From assembly GCA_017620815.1 (NCBI GenBank), contig JAGAUI010000010.1, positions 1,944 through 65,943 of the forward strand: 64,000 nucleotides of DNA, given 5' to 3'. The translations under genes and the position numbers were made by a program. Position 1 is the stretch's first letter. Each line of letters begins with the position of its first letter. Source of the DNA: Flavobacteriales bacterium. Its GTDB lineage: Bacteria > Bacteroidota > Bacteroidia > Flavobacteriales > UBA1820. Below, in pieces: positions 53,628-62,875 of this stretch. The notes below the pieces were generated by a model. That model was given only the letters and a program-made list of their open reading frames with translations. It had not been told where the DNA came from and ran no database searches.

Positions 53628-53717
53628 ATGCCAAGCGGAAAGAAACGTAAACGCCATAAAGTGGCCACTCACAAACGTAAAAAACGTAGAAGATTGGACC
53701 GTCACAAAAAGAAATAA
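53628..53717 (+). CDS. 29-aa highly basic micro-protein, bS22-like (candidate small ribosomal protein)
   Basis: ATG at 53628, TAA at 53715-53717. Translation is MPSGKKRKRHKVATHKRKKRRRLDRHKKK, with 19 K/R among 29 residues. It lies between hup and a strong terminator and falls below the ORF-track size cut-off. Confidence 0.55.
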   Translation: MPSGKKRKRHKVATHKRKKRRRLDRHKKK

Positions 53718-53781
53718 TCATTAAATTTCTTTTTAAGAAGGGGTCGCAAGACCATAGACATCACAGTGTCATAGAAAATAT

Positions 53782-53812
53782 AGCACCCTTAAAATATTAA
53801 GGGTGCTTTTTT
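53782..53812 (+). terminator. intrinsic terminator after hup and the micro-ORF
   Basis: Stem AGCACCCTT/AAGGGTGCT followed by T6. Confidence 0.75.
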
Positions 53813-53875
53813 CTAAAAAATTCCAGCTCCCATCGTGAGCATATCACACATAATTACAACACAAAATACAGAACA

Positions 53876-55420
53876 GTGAGTACCGAACTTATCATCAATG
53901 CAGACTCCAAAAAGATGGACATCGCTCTACTAGAAGATGGTCGTCTTATGGAGTATCAGACCCAAGAGACTCAGAACGAGTTTTCGGTAGGAGATATCTA
54001 CATAGGTCGTGTACGCAAAGTCCTTTCTGGACTTAATTCGGCATTTGTAGAGATAGGTCATGAAAAAGACGCTTTTCTCCACTACAATGATTTGGGGCCA
54101 CAGGTAAAATCACTGCTCAAATACATCAGACATACTCAATCTGGCGGTCAGAAGACGGCCATGCTAGATGAGTTCAAAATGGAGTCCAACATAGACAAAA
54201 ACGGACACATGTCAGACGTTTTGCCATCTGGCACGCCTGTGTTGGTACAGATAACCAAAGAAGCCATATCTACCAAAGGACCACGCCTTACATCAGAAAT
54301 TTCCATACCCGGACGCATGCTAGTGCTAGTACCTTTTAATGATAAAGTGGCTATCTCTCAAAAGATTAAACGCAAGGAAGAACGCGACCGTTTGCGTAAG
54401 GTTCTAGACGGCATACGCCCCAAAGGATTTGGACTTATAGCTCGTACCAATTCCATGGGACAGTCTATGGAAGACCTTAAAGCAGACCTTGACACGCTGG
54501 TAGCCAAATGGGAGCTTATGTTCTCACACCTTAAAAGTGAAAAAGTAAAATCCCGTGTTCTAAGCGAAGAAGACCGCATATCTGGTATCTTGCGTGATTT
54601 ATTTAATGACTCATTTACAAGTATAGTAGTAAATGATGAATCTCTATTTCTAGAGATTTCTGCCGCCGTTTCTGCTATAGAAGCAGGACGGGATAAGATA
54701 GTAAAATTACATACAGATACTGTACCTGTATTTGAAAAATACGGCGTTGACCGTCAGGTTAAGACTTCGTTTGGTCGTGCCGTACCTATGACAAAGGGTG
54801 CATATCTCATCATAGAACACACCGAAGCTCTACACGTTATAGACGTCAATAGTGGCAATAGGCTCAATGCCCGCGAAGACCAAGAGAATAATTCCCTAGA
54901 AGTAAATCTTGTAGCAGCCAAAGAAATAGCTCGTCAGTTACGACTGAGAGATATGGGAGGTATCATAGTAGTGGATTTCATAGATATGCAGAAGAGCGAA
55001 AACCGCAAGGCTCTCTATGAAAAACTATGTGAGTTTATGAAAACAGACCGTGCTCGCCACAAGATTCTACCCCCTAGCAAATTTGGACTGATACAGATAA
55101 CACGTCAGAGGGTGCGTCCAGCTACAGACATAGAAACAAGCGAACCAGACCCAGAAGGCAGCGGAGAAAACATCACCGCCCCTATCAACATCATAAGCGA
55201 GATTAACGATGCCGTAGAACGTATGGTTAAATCCTACAAAGGACGCATCATTCTACACACACATCCCTTTGTGGCGGCATACCTTACCAAAGGTCTTATA
55301 TCCATACGCATGAAATGGATATTCAAACATCACAGGTGGATAAAGATAGTGTCTCGCGATGCGTTCAGATACCTTCAGTATGGATTCTATGATGCCAAAG
55401 GCAGAAAAATAAAAAAGTAA
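53876..55420 (+). CDS. rng: ribonuclease E/G family endoribonuclease
   Basis: 514 aa with a GTG start. An S1 domain ('GDIYIGRVRKVLSGLNSAFVEIG') is followed by 'VIDVNSG' and 'RLRDMGGIIVVDFIDM', the catalytic core motifs. Confidence 0.9.
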   Translation: MSTELIINADSKKMDIALLEDGRLMEYQTQETQNEFSVGDIYIGRVRKVLSGLNSAFVEIGHEKDAFLHYNDLGPQVKSLLKYIRHTQSGGQKTAMLDEFKMESNIDKNGHMSDVLPSGTPVLVQITKEAISTKGPRLTSEISIPGRMLVLVPFNDKVAISQKIKRKEERDRLRKVLDGIRPKGFGLIARTNSMGQSMEDLKADLDTLVAKWELMFSHLKSEKVKSRVLSEEDRISGILRDLFNDSFTSIVVNDESLFLEISAAVSAIEAGRDKIVKLHTDTVPVFEKYGVDRQVKTSFGRAVPMTKGAYLIIEHTEALHVIDVNSGNRLNAREDQENNSLEVNLVAAKEIARQLRLRDMGGIIVVDFIDMQKSENRKALYEKLCEFMKTDRARHKILPPSKFGLIQITRQRVRPATDIETSEPDPEGSGENITAPINIISEINDAVERMVKSYKGRIILHTHPFVAAYLTKGLISIRMKWIFKHHRWIKIVSRDAFRYLQYGFYDAKGRKIKK

Positions 55421-55452
55421 TCTGATGTAAATGACAGAGAATCAACCCATAG

Positions 55453-55477
55453 GGAGGACATAAGTCCTCCTTTTTTT
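55453..55477 (+). terminator. intrinsic terminator after rng
   Basis: Stem GGAGGAC/GTCCTCC with loop ATAA, followed by T7. Confidence 0.7.
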
Positions 55478-55530
55478 ATACCCACAGATAAAAAATTAAA
55501 TATATCTTTTTTATTCCATAAAAAAACTTA

Positions 55531-55538
55531 TATCTTTG
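55531..55538 (+). promoter_or_regulatory. candidate -7 promoter box (TATCTTTG) driving the riboswitch leader
   Basis: TAnnTTTG lies just upstream of the first riboswitch helix. Confidence 0.4.
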
Positions 55539-55544
55539 CCCCAT

Positions 55545-55835
55545 ACAACGGTTTCTAGTACCACACCTGGTGTCGTGGTACAGAATTAAAAGGGAATCGG
55601 GTGAAAATCCCGAACAGTTCCCGCTGCTGTAAACTCCATTCTCTCACACATTTACACAGAGAGAATCGTGGGCAGACACTCTTTGCCACTGGTTAAAACT
55701 GGGAAGGCGTCTGAACCTGGAGTAAGTCAGAAGACCTGCCGTATGTAATTACATTAAAAGGATTCACAACCTACGGGAGTATGGGTTTGAAATCAGAAAA
55801 CACGGCAGGTATATTCCGTTTTTTTCTTTTTTGTT
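55545..55835 (+). promoter_or_regulatory. cobalamin (B12) riboswitch with terminator-like expression platform
   Basis: Conserved core elements are 'AAAAGGGAATCGGGTGAAAATCCCGAAC' (about 55588-55615), 'GCCACTGG...CTGGGAAGGCG', and the B12 box 'AGTCAGAAGACCTGCC' (55725-55740). ACCTGCCGT (55734-55742) can pair with ACGGCAGGT (55802-55810), and a T-rich run follows at 55819-55832. The element lies upstream of a TonB-dependent receptor. Confidence 0.88.
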
Positions 55836-55904
55836 ACAAGAGAGGACTCTTTCTTCTTTTGGTTGTAATCCGATAAATAACTCATTGTTTAATCGGATAT
55901 TTTT

Positions 55905-57941
55905 ATGTCTATCAGAATGAAAAACAATTTTTTTCTTTTGTCTGCATTTCTATGTAGTTTTTTTACAGTTGTATATGCACAGGAAACAAAAACCATGCAG
56001 GACACTACTCTATCCTCCATACATCAACTAGATGATGTAGTGATAATAGGTGTATTAGAAAAAAAAGAAGTCATACCAGTACAGGTATTGGCAGGGGAAA
56101 CTCTTAAAAAACTCAATGTCTATTCTGTAGCCGATGCTGTAAGGTATTTTTCTGGGGTACAAGTAAAAGACTATGGTGGGATTGGCGGACTTAAAACCGT
56201 AAATGTACGCAGTATGGGTTCTCATCATGTAGGAGTCTTTTATGATGGTGTAGAACTGGGCAATGCACAAAACGGGGTAATAGACTTAGGGCGTTTTTCT
56301 TTGGAAAATATGGAAGCCATATCCATGTATAACGGACAAAAAAGCTCTATTTTCCAAAGTGCCAAAGACTACGCATCGGCTAGTGCTATCTACATGACCT
56401 CTCGTCGTCCTACTTTTAAAAACGGCAAGAAAAACAACCTTAACATAGGTTTCAAATTTGGTTCTTTTGACACATACACCCCATCATTTCTATGGGAACG
56501 AAAACTCAACGACCACGTAAAACTATCCCTAAGTGCAGAATACATGCGTACATCTGGACGCTATCGTTTTTCTTACTCAAAAAAAGATGGCTATGACACT
56601 ACCGAAGTAAGACGTAACGGAGACGTAGAAATGTTGCGAATAGAAGCCGCCGCATTTGGAGAGATAAAAAAAGGCGAATGGCAAGCCAAAATGTACTTCT
56701 ATGACTCTCAACGTGGTTATCCAGGCGCATCGGTACGTGAAGAACCCGGTAAATACCATCACCAAGACCGTCAGTGGGACAACAACTTTTTCATACAAGG
56801 CTCTTTCCGCAAATACTTCAAATCGTGGTATAGTTTTATGGCAAATGCAAAATTTGCTTATGATTATCTCCACTATCTATCTGACCCTCGTGAAGATGTA
56901 ACAACTATGTATGTAAACAATCACTACAGACAAATGGAGAGCTATGGTTCTATGGCACATCTTTTTGCCATAACACAATGGTGGAGCATGTCCCTATCTT
57001 CAGACTTTCAATGGAATACACTAAGTGCAGATTTAGTTGATTTTGCATATCCAGAACGTGTTTCCATACTACAATCTGCCGCCACATCACTAGACTGGAA
57101 AAAACTCAAAATACAGGCTAGTATCCTATACACATACGTAAATGATATGACAAAAAAAGCCAACGCTCAGGCTGGAGACAAAAGCGTGTTTACACCCTCT
57201 TTTATACTATCATATCGTCCGTGGGACAGACACGACTTAAACTTCCGTGCTTTTTATAAAAAGGTATTCCGAATGCCTACACTTAACGACCTGTATTACA
57301 CATTCATAGGCAACAAATATCTAGATCCAGAATATACTATACAGTATAACATAGGAGGCACTTATTCTCGTGACTTTCAGAACAAATGGTTCTGCCGTAT
57401 AGAGTGTCAGGTAGATGCTTACTTTAACCAAATAGACGACAAAATCATAGCCATGCCCACTTCAAATCAGTTCCGTTGGACTATGATGAATCTAGGTTAT
57501 GTAGAAATAAGAGGTATAGACGCTTCCATATGCTCACATATAAAAATAGCCAATGTAAATCTTTATCCTCGCGTAAGCTATACATATCAAACCGCCCAAG
57601 ATTATACAGACCCTACCAGCCAATGGTATGGCGGTCAAATACCTTATATACCGTGGCATAGCGGCTCTTTTATATTGAGTGGAGATTATCACAATTGGTC
57701 TTGGAATTATAGTTTTATATACACCGGCGAAAGATATGAGGCTGTAGCCAATATACCTGAAAATCACGCCCAACCTTGGTACACTAGCGACATCTCTATA
57801 TCCAGGACCTTTCACCTCAAAAAATTTGACATACGTGCCACTGCCGAAATAAACAACATCTTCAACCAACAATATGAGGTGGTACAGTGCTATCCTATGC
57901 CTGGAACAAACTTCAAAATAAAACTCAATATAATACTCTAA
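55905..57941 (+). CDS. btuB: TonB-dependent outer-membrane receptor, BtuB-like (B12-riboswitch controlled)
   Basis: 678 aa with a signal peptide and a TonB-box-like 'LDDVVIIG'. The plug reads 'VADAVRYFSGVQVKDYGGIGGLKTVNVRSMGSHHVGVFYDGV'. The C-terminus is aromatic-rich, ending 'NFKIKLNIIL'. The symbol is inferred from the riboswitch context. Confidence 0.8.
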   Translation: MSIRMKNNFFLLSAFLCSFFTVVYAQETKTMQDTTLSSIHQLDDVVIIGVLEKKEVIPVQVLAGETLKKLNVYSVADAVRYFSGVQVKDYGGIGGLKTVNVRSMGSHHVGVFYDGVELGNAQNGVIDLGRFSLENMEAISMYNGQKSSIFQSAKDYASASAIYMTSRRPTFKNGKKNNLNIGFKFGSFDTYTPSFLWERKLNDHVKLSLSAEYMRTSGRYRFSYSKKDGYDTTEVRRNGDVEMLRIEAAAFGEIKKGEWQAKMYFYDSQRGYPGASVREEPGKYHHQDRQWDNNFFIQGSFRKYFKSWYSFMANAKFAYDYLHYLSDPREDVTTMYVNNHYRQMESYGSMAHLFAITQWWSMSLSSDFQWNTLSADLVDFAYPERVSILQSAATSLDWKKLKIQASILYTYVNDMTKKANAQAGDKSVFTPSFILSYRPWDRHDLNFRAFYKKVFRMPTLNDLYYTFIGNKYLDPEYTIQYNIGGTYSRDFQNKWFCRIECQVDAYFNQIDDKIIAMPTSNQFRWTMMNLGYVEIRGIDASICSHIKIANVNLYPRVSYTYQTAQDYTDPTSQWYGGQIPYIPWHSGSFILSGDYHNWSWNYSFIYTGERYEAVANIPENHAQPWYTSDISISRTFHLKKFDIRATAEINNIFNQQYEVVQCYPMPGTNFKIKLNIIL

Positions 57942-57953
57942 AAATCATCCCTC

Positions 57954-59108
57954 ATGAAAACAAATATATTTATCATATGGCTATGTTCTATCGTTCTACT
58001 ATGCTCTTGCCGCAAGGAAGAAAGTATCATCTCTTCTACCAGCACAGGCGTAACAAATGGCGAAAAAACAGAATCTATAAAAGGCTTTTTTCTCCTCAAT
58101 GAAGGAAATATGGGTAGCAACAAGGCCTCTCTAGACTATTTTGACTATGAGACAGGCATATACCATAAAAACATATATGCCGAACGCAACCCCGGTGTGG
58201 TAAAAGAACTAGGAGACGTGGGGAACGACATTCAAATATATGGAGACAAACTATATGCCGTCATTAACTGCTCTCATTTTATAGAAGTAATGGACGTAAA
58301 TACCGCCAAACACATCACACAAATTTCCATACCAAACTGTCGCTACATCACATTTAAAGATAAATACGCTTATGTGAGTTCTTATGCCGGGCCTGTACTT
58401 ATAGACCCCAATGCACGACTAGGATATGTAGCAAAAATAGACACCCTCACCATGAAAGTAGTAGACACGTGTGCTGTAGGATACCAACCCGAAGAAATGG
58501 TCATCACAGGAGACAAACTATATGTAGCCAATTCTGGAGGTTATCGTGTACCCAACTATGACAGAACAATATCTGTTATAGACCTCAAGACATTTAAAGT
58601 AACCAAAACCATAGATGTAGCTATAAATCTACATCGTATGGAAATAGACAAAAACGGATATATATATGTATCATCTCGTGGAGATTATTACAACACTCCA
58701 TCCAAAACTTATGTTATAGACAGCCATACAGACAAAGTCATAGAAGAACTCTCCCTACTTCCCAATAGCAATATGACTCTATGTGGAGACTCCTTATATG
58801 TATATAGCACACAATGGAGCTATTTAAGTAATACAAACACTATCTCTTATGCTATTTACGATATAAATACTGGCCGCACCGTATCTCGCAATTTTATAAC
58901 AGATGGCACAGAAAAAAGCATAAAAATACCATATGGGTTATCTGTACATCCTGAAACCCACGATATATATGTAACAGATGCCAAAGATTATGTTACACCT
59001 GGGACATTACATTGCTATTCTGCTTCTGGAAAACGCAAATGGTCTATTACCACAGGTGATATACCTGCACACATAGTATTCACACACAAACAATTGAAAG
59101 ATTTATAA
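57954..59108 (+). CDS. YncE/DUF5074-like beta-propeller surface lipoprotein (BtuG-like candidate)
   Basis: The lipobox is 'LLCSCR'. 'GFFLLNEGNMGSNKASLDY', repeated 'KLY(A/V)', 'VANSGG' and 'IYVTDAKDY' blade motifs are present. It sits immediately after btuB, as described for Bacteroides BtuG. Confidence 0.55.
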   Translation: MKTNIFIIWLCSIVLLCSCRKEESIISSTSTGVTNGEKTESIKGFFLLNEGNMGSNKASLDYFDYETGIYHKNIYAERNPGVVKELGDVGNDIQIYGDKLYAVINCSHFIEVMDVNTAKHITQISIPNCRYITFKDKYAYVSSYAGPVLIDPNARLGYVAKIDTLTMKVVDTCAVGYQPEEMVITGDKLYVANSGGYRVPNYDRTISVIDLKTFKVTKTIDVAINLHRMEIDKNGYIYVSSRGDYYNTPSKTYVIDSHTDKVIEELSLLPNSNMTLCGDSLYVYSTQWSYLSNTNTISYAIYDINTGRTVSRNFITDGTEKSIKIPYGLSVHPETHDIYVTDAKDYVTPGTLHCYSASGKRKWSITTGDIPAHIVFTHKQLKDL

Positions 59109-59120
59109 AATATTCACTAT

Positions 59121-60842
59121 ATGAAAAACATTATTTACTCACTCTCCACGATAGTGTTATGTATCATAGCACTATCCTTCACCTCATGCGACAAAGAGCA
59201 TGAAGAAATTCTCCCTCCTACCATAGCTCTTGATGTGCAGGACGCTATCTATTCTGTCAAGGTAGGCAAAACCTTAACCATCTCCCCCAATTACACCAAT
59301 GCCGAAAATGCTGTTTTTGCTTGGAAACTGGACGGAAATATCATCTCTACCAGTCCTACACTTGAGTACACACCCACCACACTAGGAGACAGATACCTAT
59401 CGCTTAGTGTCATAAACGATGTAGCAGAAGCTTACATAGAACTCATGATACAGGTAGTAAAACTCCTTCCTCCGTCTATATCTCTAGCCATACCAGAAGA
59501 TGGATACACCATCATACGTTCTGGAGAACTCTCATTATCTCCACAGGTGAGCAATACAGACAGCACCACATACAAATGGTTAGTTAACGGCACCGAAAAA
59601 TCCACATCAAAGGACTTTACTTTTACATCAGATACTCCAGGGGTATATTCGCTAGAAATGATAGCCACCAATCCCGATGGCGAAGACCGACTTTCCTTTC
59701 CCGTCAAAGTATGTCCTCCAGAAGACCTACCATTTCATTGGGCATTTGAGAGCAAAGAATATAACGTCGCACAAGGTCGTGATATACGCATAAAAATATG
59801 GGATATAGAAAACGATTTTGATGGAACATACACATGGACTCTAGATGGTAAAGAAATCCAAAAAGGCACAGAAGCACAGTATATATTTAAATCTTCTACT
59901 TACCCTGTGGGAGCCCACACGCTCATATGCACCATGACAAATGATTACACATCGGTATCTGAAACACTTACTGTAAATGTATGTCCTCCAGAAGGCACTT
60001 ATAAACGTGTGGCATCTGGCAGTAGCTCTTCTTCATATAACAAAGTATATGAATTTACCGCTGCCCCCGGACAGTTTATAAACGAAAACTATACTGCCAC
60101 CACTCCACAACAAGCCGCAGACTATGCTCACAGCCGTATGTCTCATGACACTCATGTTTCACTAGGAGGCTGGGGAGGATACATAGTAATAGGTTTTGAC
60201 CATAGCATAGAAAATGACGGGGACTATAACATACAAATACTAGGCAATTCGTTTGAAGGCTCATCAGAACCTGGTGTGGTATATGTTATGCAGGATGAAA
60301 ACGGCGACGGTCTGCCCAACGACACTTGGTATGAACTCAAGGGCAGTGAATACGGCACAGCTACAGAAACAAGAGATTATGCCATCACATACTATCGCCC
60401 AAAAAACCCTAATATGCCCGTACAATGGACAGACAACATGGGAGGCAATGGTTCTATAGACTATCTAGGTTCTTACCATCGTCAGCCTTATTACTATCCA
60501 GAATGGATAAAAGAGGACTCCTACACTCTACGCGGCACACGTCTTCCTTCAGTAGCCATAGAGACATCTCCCGGATACTGGAATAACGTAGATTTAGGTT
60601 GGGGTTATGCAGACAATTTCAGCAACATAGACCGTCTTACAGATGACGATAACTATAGTGCCAATGTCAATGCCAATCACTTCAAAATAAGCAATGCCGT
60701 AACCTATGATGGTCGTCCTGCTTCACTTAAATACATAGACTTTGTAAAGGTCATGACAGGCGTAAACTGCAAGGCTGGTTGGCTAGGAGAGAACTCCACC
60801 GAAGTATTTGGATTTCACGATTTTAACATGATAAAAAAATAA
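59121..60842 (+). CDS. surface lipoprotein with three Ig-like repeats and a C-terminal globular domain (possible accessory corrinoid-binding protein)
   Basis: The lipobox is 'SFTSCD'. Three repeats of about 90 aa each end in 'V..(L/C)PP(S/E)'; the repeats contain 'AWKLDGNII', 'KWLVNGTEK' and 'TWTLDGKEI'. A C-terminal domain of about 280 aa follows. Confidence 0.55.
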   Translation: MKNIIYSLSTIVLCIIALSFTSCDKEHEEILPPTIALDVQDAIYSVKVGKTLTISPNYTNAENAVFAWKLDGNIISTSPTLEYTPTTLGDRYLSLSVINDVAEAYIELMIQVVKLLPPSISLAIPEDGYTIIRSGELSLSPQVSNTDSTTYKWLVNGTEKSTSKDFTFTSDTPGVYSLEMIATNPDGEDRLSFPVKVCPPEDLPFHWAFESKEYNVAQGRDIRIKIWDIENDFDGTYTWTLDGKEIQKGTEAQYIFKSSTYPVGAHTLICTMTNDYTSVSETLTVNVCPPEGTYKRVASGSSSSSYNKVYEFTAAPGQFINENYTATTPQQAADYAHSRMSHDTHVSLGGWGGYIVIGFDHSIENDGDYNIQILGNSFEGSSEPGVVYVMQDENGDGLPNDTWYELKGSEYGTATETRDYAITYYRPKNPNMPVQWTDNMGGNGSIDYLGSYHRQPYYYPEWIKEDSYTLRGTRLPSVAIETSPGYWNNVDLGWGYADNFSNIDRLTDDDNYSANVNANHFKISNAVTYDGRPASLKYIDFVKVMTGVNCKAGWLGENSTEVFGFHDFNMIKK

Positions 60843-62864
60843 ATGATGACACACAATATAAAAATAAATATATGGGGATGGCTCATAGCCTTATTACTAT
60901 GTGTATCCTGTGAAAAAGACAGTATATTTACTGGACGTGATGCTCACATAGTTTCTTTTTCTCTCACACATGATGGAACAAAATACACAGCTGCCATCAC
61001 AGAAGACGAAATTATCATAACCGTCCCATCAAATGTAAACCTTAACCACTCACAAGTAGAATATAGTCTATGTGAAAATGCTTCCATTATGCCTCTACCA
61101 GAGAGCATAAATAACTGGAACGAAGAGCATTTGTTCCGCGTACAGGCATATAACAGTGATATTTTCTCTTCATACAAATACACTATACGCCATAGCGACA
61201 TCATAGACCAAGACAATGTAGTTCTATCCACCCAGAGCGATGTAAATGCTTTTGCTGCCAAAGGCATAAACAAAATAGAAGGAAACCTTATCATTGGCTC
61301 ATCACATGAGTCTCAAGACCCCATCACAGACCTTTCTGGACTTTCTGCTCTCAACCAAGTAAGCCTCAATGTAGTCATAAGCAACAGCTATGCAGGTAGC
61401 ACTCTGGAAGGGTTACACATGTTGGAAAAAGTGGGAGGTTTATATGTAGGTACAGAAACCTCCAAATCTTCTCCTTGTAAAAAATTATCCATAGACCTAC
61501 CTCATCTCACACAAGCGACAAATGTAGTCCTATACAGCGACAGTATAAAATCAATATCCTTGCCCTCTCTTAAAACAGCATCACGTCTTTATATAAACTC
61601 CATTCATTTGGAAAATATAGACCTTTCTATGCTGGAAGAGGTAAATGGGGACTTTACTCTCAAAGGCAACAACGGAGGCAGTGCTCTTAATGCATCCAAT
61701 AATGTTCTTACCATCATAGACCTGCCACAACTTAAAACCATACATGGGAATTTCACCCTAGAAAACTTATGGGGAGTAAGAAATGTACAACTCACATCTC
61801 TTACCGCCATAAACGGAGCTTTGGATATAAAATACATACGTACGGTAAAAAACATCTCTATGCCTAATCTCACACAAGTAGATGGAGCAGTAAACATTCA
61901 GGCAAACGATGCTATGACCCATCTATCCATCCCTATGCTTAAAAAAGCTTCTTCGCTTAATATAGCTAGTTATAATCTATATAGTATAAATCTACTTAAT
62001 ATAGATATGAAGGCTCTGGAAGATATAGACGGGACATTTACCATAAAATTCTTCGGAGGAAAAACATTAGAATTCCCAGCACTTAAACGTATAGGTGGAG
62101 CTATGACACTCAATACGCTGCAATTTTTGGAAACACTTAATACTCCTCTTCTTAAATCCTGCGGAGGAATTATATTGCAGCAATGTTCATCTTTGAAGAC
62201 GTGTAATATGTCTGGCGTAGAAGAGACAGGAACCCTTACAGTTACTGCTTGTCCTGCAATAGAGTTTTATTCTCCCAAAAAAGTCACTGGGAATGCAACT
62301 ATAGGAGGAGCTTTGGGCTCAATCATAAGTGGACCTATTGAAATAGGTGGAACACTATCTGTTACCCCTACAAACGAAATCTTCTCTATCCCTATGACAC
62401 AAAAGGTAGGCACATTCAATCATACTTCTGGTGCAACACTTGTAGAATTTTCTATGCCAGATTTGGAAGAAGCTGGAAATATAAATATTTCTTCGTTGAA
62501 TGTAGTAACCAAATACTCTATGCCTCGTCTTAACAAAGTAAATGGAAATCTATCCATAAAAGGACTATACCTAGCAAAAGATTTGGATATGTCTTCACTT
62601 ACTACCATAACAGGAACATTTACTTTTTATGGAGGCACTTACAAATCATATGCATCTCGTAGTACCATAACCAATCTAAACACGTTTTCTGCTCTCACAT
62701 CGGCAAAGAAAGTAGATATACGTTATGCTGGAGCGTTGGTAGATTATTCAGGCTTGAAAAATGTGATACCTTCTTTAAGTAGTGCATCATCATGGAAAGT
62801 TCAAGACTGTGCATATAACCCCACATACCAGGATATGATAGATGGCAAATTCACCAATAACTAA
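60843..62864 (+). CDS. surface lipoprotein with N-terminal Ig-like domain and long leucine-rich/receptor-L-like repeat region
   Basis: The lipobox is 'LLCVSCE'. Many periodic '(L/I)x(L/I)..L..(I/V).G.(L/F).(I/L)' units occur, e.g. 'LEEVNGDFTLKGN', 'LKTIHGNFTLENL', 'LTAINGALDIKYI' and 'LTQVDGAVNIQAN'. Confidence 0.6.
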   Translation: MMTHNIKINIWGWLIALLLCVSCEKDSIFTGRDAHIVSFSLTHDGTKYTAAITEDEIIITVPSNVNLNHSQVEYSLCENASIMPLPESINNWNEEHLFRVQAYNSDIFSSYKYTIRHSDIIDQDNVVLSTQSDVNAFAAKGINKIEGNLIIGSSHESQDPITDLSGLSALNQVSLNVVISNSYAGSTLEGLHMLEKVGGLYVGTETSKSSPCKKLSIDLPHLTQATNVVLYSDSIKSISLPSLKTASRLYINSIHLENIDLSMLEEVNGDFTLKGNNGGSALNASNNVLTIIDLPQLKTIHGNFTLENLWGVRNVQLTSLTAINGALDIKYIRTVKNISMPNLTQVDGAVNIQANDAMTHLSIPMLKKASSLNIASYNLYSINLLNIDMKALEDIDGTFTIKFFGGKTLEFPALKRIGGAMTLNTLQFLETLNTPLLKSCGGIILQQCSSLKTCNMSGVEETGTLTVTACPAIEFYSPKKVTGNATIGGALGSIISGPIEIGGTLSVTPTNEIFSIPMTQKVGTFNHTSGATLVEFSMPDLEEAGNINISSLNVVTKYSMPRLNKVNGNLSIKGLYLAKDLDMSSLTTITGTFTFYGGTYKSYASRSTITNLNTFSALTSAKKVDIRYAGALVDYSGLKNVIPSLSSASSWKVQDCAYNPTYQDMIDGKFTNN

Positions 62865-62875
62865 TACATAATAAG

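Noticed and set aside
53181-53705. 174-aa minus-strand ORF across hup
   Set aside because: It is antisense to the canonical HU gene and to the basic micro-ORF. It looks hydrophobic only because of the complementary codon bias, so I consider it spurious.
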